Both the position numbers and the translations under genes were made by a program. A DNA stretch of 64,000 nt from a virus. Taxonomy: Duplodnaviria > Heunggongvirae > Uroviricota > Caudoviricetes. Under the pieces are notes generated by a model. The model worked only from the letters and a program-made list of their open reading frames with translations. It searched no databases and was not told the origin of the DNA. The stretch spans positions 11,120 to 75,119 of IMG/VR virus record IMGVR_UViG_3300031354_000001, one strand, 5' to 3'. This document shows, one piece after another, positions 57,480-64,000 of this stretch (its first letter is position 1; every line of letters starts with the position of its first letter).

Positions 57480-58393
57480 TCAGAAATACTCCTAAAATCT
57501 TCGTCCTCCGACTCATCATGGTCCAATATCTTACACCGTGCCAATGACTCTTCCTTCGTCATATCTTGGAACACATGCTCATTGATAATAGCATCCCAGA
57601 CATTAGTAATATTCTCAAGCAGAGCAAATTGGAAATCAGGACTAATACGGCAACGATGTGTAGCAAAACGTAATCTACTGGCCGGACCACAAATCTGATC
57701 AATTCCTACAATAAGCTGATCGCTTCCGACAGCCTCGCCAAGCAGCCACCCGTAAATTGCCAACTGACTGGCCCATCCTTGATCGCCTTGTTCGAGGAAC
57801 ATTCCTGCATTGATTTCAATTCCGTTCTTAAGAAATGGCACACAGTCCTTGTGCTGCTTGACCTTATCTCCGTCTCTTAGTTTGAGATAGCCCTTCATCG
57901 GCGATTTCAATGCTTTGGCGCAATAGCCATTCACCTTCCAATCATAAATAACGCGGGCACCTTCCTTGTTCAAGAAGAAAACATCAGGTTTTCCTAGTAG
58001 TGGTACACCTTCCATTTCTCCGCGTACATCGAACTCGAACCTCGGCGGCCCAATGGCTTGTCCTAGCTCTAACATAAGATCAGCGAGACAACCATTGCTC
58101 TTATATTGATCGAATACGCGTTGCCCATGACGCCAAGCCCAATCCCATAATGATTCTTCGACTTGCGATTCAAAGAGCGTCCGCAGATCGTACTTTGGAT
58201 CGGCACCTTTTCCAAAGAGCTTCTCATGGAGATAACTCTTTACAAAAGCATCGAATGCCGATCCAATGGCCATGGGCTGTGTTTGTGGATCACGTGCTTT
58301 CTTATTATCGGATAGATATCGTTGATAAAATAGCTCTACATCGTCATAGAATAACTTCACACTTGTTGGTGATAAATATTCTGGTACTCTCAT
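57476..58393 (-). CDS. PD-(D/E)XK-family nuclease (Cas4/RecB-like fold)
   Basis: N-terminal LSPTSVKLFYDD ..., GKPDVFFLNKEGARVIYDWK (D ... D.K core), 305 aa. Confidence 0.45.
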   Translation of the reverse strand: MRVPEYLSPTSVKLFYDDVELFYQRYLSDNKKARDPQTQPMAIGSAFDAFVKSYLHEKLFGKGADPKYDLRTLFESQVEESLWDWAWRHGQRVFDQYKSNGCLADLMLELGQAIGPPRFEFDVRGEMEGVPLLGKPDVFFLNKEGARVIYDWKVNGYCAKALKSPMKGYLKLRDGDKVKQHKDCVPFLKNGIEINAGMFLEQGDQGWASQLAIYGWLLGEAVGSDQLIVGIDQICGPASRLRFATHRCRISPDFQFALLENITNVWDAIINEHVFQDMTKEESLARCKILDHDESEDEDFRSISE

Positions 58394-58614
58394 AGTTCAA
58401 TTTTATCTCCTGATTTTAAAATCTTTACTGTATCATGATGATACTCAAGAAAATAGTAACCATGACCTTTTTCACAATATTTTCCAATGGCAACTAAATG
58501 AGCGCCATATCGTTGCACAACTTTTCCTTTATATTGACCAGATATAACTAATGCAATATCGCCATCATTCATATCATTAATTGATGCTTCTTTATCTTGA
58601 AATTCTACTTTCAT
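58390..58614 (-). CDS. small protein, paralog pair member 1
   Basis: MKVEFQDKE ... DGDIALV ... VVQRYGAHL ... KILKSGDKIEL. Confidence 0.4.
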   Translation of the reverse strand: MKVEFQDKEASINDMNDGDIALVISGQYKGKVVQRYGAHLVAIGKYCEKGHGYYFLEYHHDTVKILKSGDKIEL

Positions 58615-58841
58615 AATATAATTGTATCTCCTGATTTTAAAATCTTTACTTTCATATCGTCACATGAGGGCTTATTAAAGAAATTAGTCCATCCATCACC
58701 TTTATTTTTACCAATAGAAATTAAATGACTTCCATATCGTTGAACTACTCTGCCTTTATGATATCCTTGTGTAACTAAAGCTATATCTCCATCTTCCATA
58801 GCCAATGGAGATATTTCTAATTCTTGAAATTTCACTTTCAT
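58611..58841 (-). CDS. small protein, paralog pair member 2
   Basis: MKVKFQELE ... DGDIALV ... VVQRYGSHL ... KILKSGDTIIL. Confidence 0.4.
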   Translation of the reverse strand: MKVKFQELEISPLAMEDGDIALVTQGYHKGRVVQRYGSHLISIGKNKGDGWTNFFNKPSCDDMKVKILKSGDTIIL

Positions 58842-58844
58842 TTT

Positions 58845-59162
58845 TTACTCCACATAGTCCTCATAGATTGTTAATACAGTTTCACCAATAATAATGTCAC
58901 CATACTCTGCAATAAAATCCATTAATTCTTCCGAGGAATTAATATCAATACACCAGCAAGGCTTAGAATCAAGGTCTCTTTGAATTCCATTATCCGTGAC
59001 TTGATGGTTGGTGCCTACATCTAAAAATGACTCTCCAATCTCCTTTTCATACTCTTCAAAAGACTTAAAACTTCTATAATCAACTGGAGTATATTCTCCA
59101 CAATAAGCTTTATCGCATGGTTTCTTATTATAATCGCTGGCTCTTGTGATTGCAAATTTCAT
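58845..59162 (-). CDS. hypothetical protein
   Basis: 105-aa ORF. Confidence 0.4.
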   Translation of the reverse strand: MKFAITRASDYNKKPCDKAYCGEYTPVDYRSFKSFEEYEKEIGESFLDVGTNHQVTDNGIQRDLDSKPCWCIDINSSEELMDFIAEYGDIIIGETVLTIYEDYVE

Positions 59163-59509
59163 AGCAATTCAAAATCTACCTCACTGCACTCGAAATAGAT
59201 TGTCTTCTGTTGCAAATCATCCTTCAACGATCGAACTACGTTCTTGAACTCTGTGACACGATAAGTCGGAATAGTTACAACAACTGTAAATCCAGGCTCA
59301 ATTTGTTCATTGTAATAGCCGGTGGATTCTCCAAAGGTATAACCACCAAATAGTCTTCCAAGTGCTAATAGAATCTCATCAAGCTTAGTTGCAGCGATTC
59401 TCGTGCCATTATTATAATTACGGGGCAGCACAATTGTGCAGCGACTATAGCTACTATTCTTCGCTGCCTTTGCATTCAGATACTTCATAGTTTCAAGACC
59501 GTGCGCCAT
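59159..59509 (-). CDS. hypothetical protein
   Basis: 116-aa ORF. Confidence 0.4.
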   Translation of the reverse strand: MAHGLETMKYLNAKAAKNSSYSRCTIVLPRNYNNGTRIAATKLDEILLALGRLFGGYTFGESTGYYNEQIEPGFTVVVTIPTYRVTEFKNVVRSLKDDLQQKTIYFECSEVDFELL

Positions 59510-59626
59510 TTGCTTCTCCTTTAGTTATTAAAATCACCTTGGTCATAATCTTCATCATAATAATCTTCATCTTCATCATACTCATCCCAATAATAATTAT
59601 AATCATAATCGTCATAATCATAATAG

Positions 59627-59977
59627 TCATCCATCGATCTTCTCCACCACATGCGCTGTTTTAATTAGATTATGATCAGCACTTTCTTTGGCTTTTTGCT
59701 CTGATTCATGTATAATTGTTGTATCTGGATAAATATTGATCCAATACTCCAATTTCTTGATTTTATAATCGTTGCAATCCCAATTCCATGATGGTTCTTG
59801 GCCACTATCTTTTCTCCAACTAAAATTACCACAAATAATCGTCGCTCCATCGAGATACGCTTGCATTACCTTAATCTTCTCTTGTGTCGTCATTGATCCC
59901 TTTCTTAAATTCCGAGATTCCTTGACCAATTGAACGCATAACCTCTGGTAATCTTCTACCAAATAATAACAAACCAA
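59627..59977 (-). CDS. hypothetical protein
   Basis: 116-aa ORF. Confidence 0.4.
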   Translation of the reverse strand: MVCYYLVEDYQRLCVQLVKESRNLRKGSMTTQEKIKVMQAYLDGATIICGNFSWRKDSGQEPSWNWDCNDYKIKKLEYWINIYPDTTIIHESEQKAKESADHNLIKTAHVVEKIDG

Positions 59978-60180
59978 TCACACCAATAACAATCAATTCT
60001 GTTGGTCCTATTCCGAACACTATACCAATTCCATTATTACAATCTCACTTGCACCATAAACAGTCAGTTGACCACACTCTTCACATTTATACTTCCGTGC
60101 ATCGGGCTCACAATTATAGTGCTCCGCACCACACTTAATACAATCATCTGCCCAGGCTGCTTCGATAACTTGATCTGCGT

Positions 60181-60885
60181 CTAGCATTGTTCGTACACCA
60201 ATGTAATTACATGAAGGTTACGGTCCTTATGATAATAGACTGTAGCATTATTACTATTTTTAGACAAAAAATCACTGATCTCTTCATGTGTCGGATCAGC
60301 CGATCTCATTGTTATCTTCTTTTTTAAATCCCTTGCCGCTGGAATCATCTTCCTTTTTCCAGCCACAACAAACTTAATATCATTGCACATGCAGTGATAA
60401 TCAACAAATCCTGGAATCGTAAAATCAATATATACGCGATGAATATCATCCTCAAATTTATAATATACACTATTGACAAATTCTTTTTTCAATCTCTTTA
60501 ATATTTTATTATCGAATGACGGCGCTTTTATACTTACAAGATAACTATCATTGCGTACACCACTTGGAAAATCTTTAATTAATTCCCATACGTTATCTTT
60601 TAGTTTTGTAAATCCATTAGTTGCTATATCACTACATATACGCCACATATCACCATGACTATCTTTAACGATGTCGCCAATTTTAAAATCAAGTTCTACA
60701 TGAAGATAATATGTACGTCCTAGTACATAATATCTGATTGTCTTGTTTTTATTGGCCTCTAGAAATTCATGCAATCTAAGGATACTATAAGCAGTAAAAT
60801 CATAGCGGTCAGTTCCTACACCTTTAAGCAATTTTATATTATAATATTTTGCTAATTCAGCTAACATAACTTCTCCCAAACCCAT
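60181..60885 (-). CDS. hypothetical protein
   Basis: 234-aa ORF. Confidence 0.4.
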   Translation of the reverse strand: MGLGEVMLAELAKYYNIKLLKGVGTDRYDFTAYSILRLHEFLEANKNKTIRYYVLGRTYYLHVELDFKIGDIVKDSHGDMWRICSDIATNGFTKLKDNVWELIKDFPSGVRNDSYLVSIKAPSFDNKILKRLKKEFVNSVYYKFEDDIHRVYIDFTIPGFVDYHCMCNDIKFVVAGKRKMIPAARDLKKKITMRSADPTHEEISDFLSKNSNNATVYYHKDRNLHVITLVYEQC

Positions 60886-61157
60886 TCATGTAGTACAAAG
60901 AACAACGCTTTAATAAAGAACATAGCAATATTAAAAATCAAACATAGTCCAAAATTCCCGAAGACGAACCACGATAATAAGAAAATCAATATTGCTGAAA
61001 ATATCTCCCATGAGACAGCTTTATTCATCTGGATACTGCTTCCAAAATTCCTGCATTGCATAATAATGACCATCCCAGTTGTCTACTCCAGCATCTTGTA
61101 GACATTGTAGTAGGAAATTGTTCTTAATCAGGTCTTCATAATGGTCTCGGTCAACAG

Positions 61158-62216
61158 TTATCTTACACATAGTTTCATGCCATTAAAAAGGTCATCATAA
61201 TTACTTCTGCCATCGATAAATCTAACTAAGTCTTCAGCATAATTAATAATCAAACTAATGCCTTTCAGATTCAACGTATCAATCTTATCACTGCTCTTGT
61301 GATAGTGCCTATGCAGTCCAGTATGCAGACAGATGATTTTAACACCTTTATTAAAGAATGAATCACTGTCCGAGCCAAATGAGCCTATTCTAAAAGTAAT
61401 GTCACTAGCAAATGGATACTTTTTAAATGCTTTTCCTAATGCCGTATCGACGCTATCTTTTTTCATGATTTTAAGATGGCCAATCATATCAGCATTAATC
61501 ATTACCTTTGTCTTTTTCAAAGGGAAGATCGGATTCTCGCAATAATAAGCTGATCCATATAGTCCTTGCTCCTCTCCTGAAAAGAAGGCAAATATAATTG
61601 TGCTTTTATTGCTCTTTATTCGACGTGCTAGTTCTAATACCAATGCACAGCCCGAAGCATTATCATCAGCACCTGGCGATCGTGGCACAGAATCATAATG
61701 AGCACCAATGATTATAACTGTATTATCACCTTTCCTTATTCCGAAGACGCTATTGACACGTCCCTGTTTAATAAGAAATGATTGTACAACTACTTGTAAC
61801 TTATCCTTTTTCAATTCCTTGATTATATAATCTTTGGCAGCATCATTATGGCCAGTAACTCTCGGAGTAGCAGCTAGAATTTTAATATCATCATTGGCAA
61901 AGGTAAATGCTGTTACCAATAATAATATAATTACTAAAATCAGTAACCTTACACGCCTCCAGAATCTTATTCTTTGATTTACCTTACGTCTTAATGACCC
62001 ATCCATTATTGTATCAATGTTACCTAAAACTTTCTTTTGATATGGAGTTAATTCGGTATTTTCAAAATCAGCAAACGGACTGTTCTTTTGTCCTAAATAC
62101 ACTGCTGTTTCATCAATATACACACCATTATTTAATCCATTATCTTTGATTATACTGCCGCCATTTTCAACAATCTTCTTTTCCCAATCATGGCAAAATG
62201 GATCAATCTTACTCAT
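61158..62216 (-). CDS. membrane-anchored M28-family zinc peptidase
   Basis: N-terminal TM LLILVIILLLVTAFTF; GAHYDSVPRSPGADDNASGCALVLELARR (M28 His/Asp zinc ligands), FFSGEEQGLYGS (Glu-Glu). Confidence 0.6.
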   Translation of the reverse strand: MSKIDPFCHDWEKKIVENGGSIIKDNGLNNGVYIDETAVYLGQKNSPFADFENTELTPYQKKVLGNIDTIMDGSLRRKVNQRIRFWRRVRLLILVIILLLVTAFTFANDDIKILAATPRVTGHNDAAKDYIIKELKKDKLQVVVQSFLIKQGRVNSVFGIRKGDNTVIIIGAHYDSVPRSPGADDNASGCALVLELARRIKSNKSTIIFAFFSGEEQGLYGSAYYCENPIFPLKKTKVMINADMIGHLKIMKKDSVDTALGKAFKKYPFASDITFRIGSFGSDSDSFFNKGVKIICLHTGLHRHYHKSSDKIDTLNLKGISLIINYAEDLVRFIDGRSNYDDLFNGMKLCVR

Positions 62217-62562
62217 TATGCTTCCTTAATCACGGCAACAAAGAACCAAGCTATCGCTACACATGCGACAATTGCTTCTGGCCAACCCATTTATTTCTCC
62301 TTAAAATACTGTGATATTACAATCAATAAAAACCCACCAACAAGTCCACAACAAATATAAAGAACCATAGTATCTCCTTATTGATCCCAGTAATCAAATA
62401 ATAAAATTACTGGTAAGCACCATATTGGTGAACTTAGTATTATAATAATTAAGACTTGACATGTAGTTAAAAATGCTTTATATTGCAATTCTGTATTTAT
62501 AAAACAACTACATATAAGTAAACTGCACACAATTAATACAATAATTGATATTATAAAATATT

Positions 62563-63114
62563 TCACTCTTCCTCCAAAGGTAGAATATTATTATTTCCAA
62601 TAACCATATTTACTTGTCCCTCCGAGAACCCTACAATCGATGCCTCATATACTGTCACACCATATTTTCGTAATTTTGATGAAATTATGTCTTTCAGTTC
62701 GCGATCAACCAATAGATGATTTCGTAGAATAAAGTCAAACCTATGATTTTTAATAACACGGGCAGCAGCTATTGACGTGACATCAAAAACAGTGTTCGCA
62801 TGATCCCAGGTCTTGGCAATAGCTTTTAACGGATCAGAGATTCTATAGACAATTACTGGATTAGCTATAACTTTTATACCATCCAATGTCGTCAAGTTCA
62901 ATGGAGGTATTGGATCGGATTGCCGCTCTTTCGCTACAAGTTGTATTTCAGTAACAAATGGCCAGTATACATGTAGTCCCGGCTCCAAACGCACTGCGTC
63001 TTTTCCTCGGACAAACTTCACTCCACCGTGTGTTGATCTTACAATCAATAGCCTCGGAATCAAACTACCAAACCAATTGATTAATTCACCGACCCATGAG
63101 AATAGTCCCTCCAT
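62563..63114 (-). CDS. SPFH/Band-7-like domain protein
   Basis: GLHVYWPFVTEIQLV ... LNLTTLDGIKVIANPVIVYRISDPLKAI follows the SPFH core pattern (GLHf..Pf..v ... d..v.vdavv.yrv.dp.ka). Confidence 0.4.
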   Translation of the reverse strand: MEGLFSWVGELINWFGSLIPRLLIVRSTHGGVKFVRGKDAVRLEPGLHVYWPFVTEIQLVAKERQSDPIPPLNLTTLDGIKVIANPVIVYRISDPLKAIAKTWDHANTVFDVTSIAAARVIKNHRFDFILRNHLLVDRELKDIISSKLRKYGVTVYEASIVGFSEGQVNMVIGNNNILPLEEE

Positions 63115-63541
63115 TATTGTTGTTCCATTAGTGAAACGAATTCATTTATTGTAAGATGTTCAGAATATGTAATACCTACTCTAAATATACAAATACCTTC
63201 TGAATTAATTTGTACTGAGGCCATGTCATCCTTGCCAGCCTCATTTTTTAAAAACTCTACAATTTTATTTAGGTGGTCTTCCATTATTTTCTTTCAGATA
63301 TAGTAACTTCTAATTCTATTTCGTCACCATCACCGTTCTTTAAAATTATATTAAATGGCTTATCGAGTCTTACATGACCTGATTCCATAATCTCTAATAG
63401 TATTTGATTCCAGTCGTTCATAGCTTCACTCCACAGAATGGACAATAATTGATTATGATATCTGGATAAATTGTGTAAAACCCATTTGTAACAGCTATAA
63501 CTAATTGGCTACAAAAGTTATCAAAATTTTCACAACAATAT

Positions 63542-63772
63542 TTATTCAATAGGATACCTCGCTACAATATTCGATGTATGTAAAGGTATACCATCGGCAT
63601 CAAAGAAGAATAAGGCTGGTCTTCCAATATCACAAATATAATAGTCTTGTATTTTGTGTTCCTCCATATCAAGCATCCTACACTCTGGTTTACCACTTTT
63701 CAGTTGAACGATTTTACCATCAGTATAGTACAAATGCCCAGATTTAGTTGCAAAATAGCCTTTGAATTTCAT
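63542..63772 (-). CDS. hypothetical protein
   Basis: 76-aa ORF. Confidence 0.35.
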   Translation of the reverse strand: MKFKGYFATKSGHLYYTDGKIVQLKSGKPECRMLDMEEHKIQDYYICDIGRPALFFFDADGIPLHTSNIVARYPIE

Positions 63773-63990
63773 TGTAGCCTCGTTGTATCCACGTCTGATA
63801 AATAACTGTTCAATCTTTTATTACTTGGGTATGCTCTAGCGTGTCTAAATACAGCATCAATTAATGCAGATACTGCAATAGGTGTTAAATGTATTTTTTG
63901 TTCTTTTGTTCTTAGTACAAATTCTCTTCCAAATTTGCCTTCAAATTCTTCAACATGCAACCATAGTGAGCCACCTAGATGCTTATTCAT
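63769..63990 (-). CDS. hypothetical protein
   Basis: 73-aa ORF. Confidence 0.35.
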   Translation of the reverse strand: MNKHLGGSLWLHVEEFEGKFGREFVLRTKEQKIHLTPIAVSALIDAVFRHARAYPSNKRLNSYLSDVDTTRLQ

Positions 63991-64000
63991 TAAAATCCTC

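Overview
The window reads as about 64 kb of an AT-rich tailed dsDNA phage or prophage genome, roughly one-third GC by eye. Genes are densely packed and translationally coupled, with frequent ATGA and TAAATG overlaps. Nearly all genes lie on the minus strand, except a plus-strand block at 15.0-20.8 kb. Four modules are visible.

(i) 0.1-20.8 kb, replication and nucleotide metabolism: NYN-domain protein, DeoC, NDK, VRR-NUC, family-A DNA polymerase, two ParB-like proteins, Endo VII-like nuclease, HTH-metallophosphoesterase, SNF2/DEAD-like helicase, PrimPol-SF3 primase-helicase, dNMP-kinase-like protein, nucleoside 2-deoxyribosyltransferase-like protein, DEDDh exonuclease. A ~750-bp divergent control region (14.26-15.02 kb) carries a tRNA-like element and repeated GATTATAAAATC palindromes.

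(ii) 20.8-45.4 kb, morphogenesis on the minus strand: GpA-like large terminase, portal, a 1024-aa beta-helix fibre, scaffold, capsid, tail tube, tRNA-Asn, a 1329-aa tape measure protein and distal tail proteins.

(iii) 45.5-49.1 kb, membrane and secreted proteins: holin-like proteins, a Sec-signal thioredoxin and a Tat-signal papain-like peptidase.

(iv) 49.1-64 kb, accessory region: a PAPS-reductase-like protein, then a compositionally foreign GC-rich island (~50.6-54.1 kb) packed with six different GC-rich micro/minisatellites, including ~53 copies of GGGGMGC. The island encodes a third ParB-like protein, a putative REC-like receiver protein and tiny coupled ORFs. It is followed by a 1.1-kb ORF-poor region, then pentapeptide-repeat, GNAT, PD-(D/E)XK, M28 peptidase and SPFH proteins.

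No CRISPR array, integrase or rRNA was recognised. All functional calls rest on motifs read by eye from the translations; no database search was possible.
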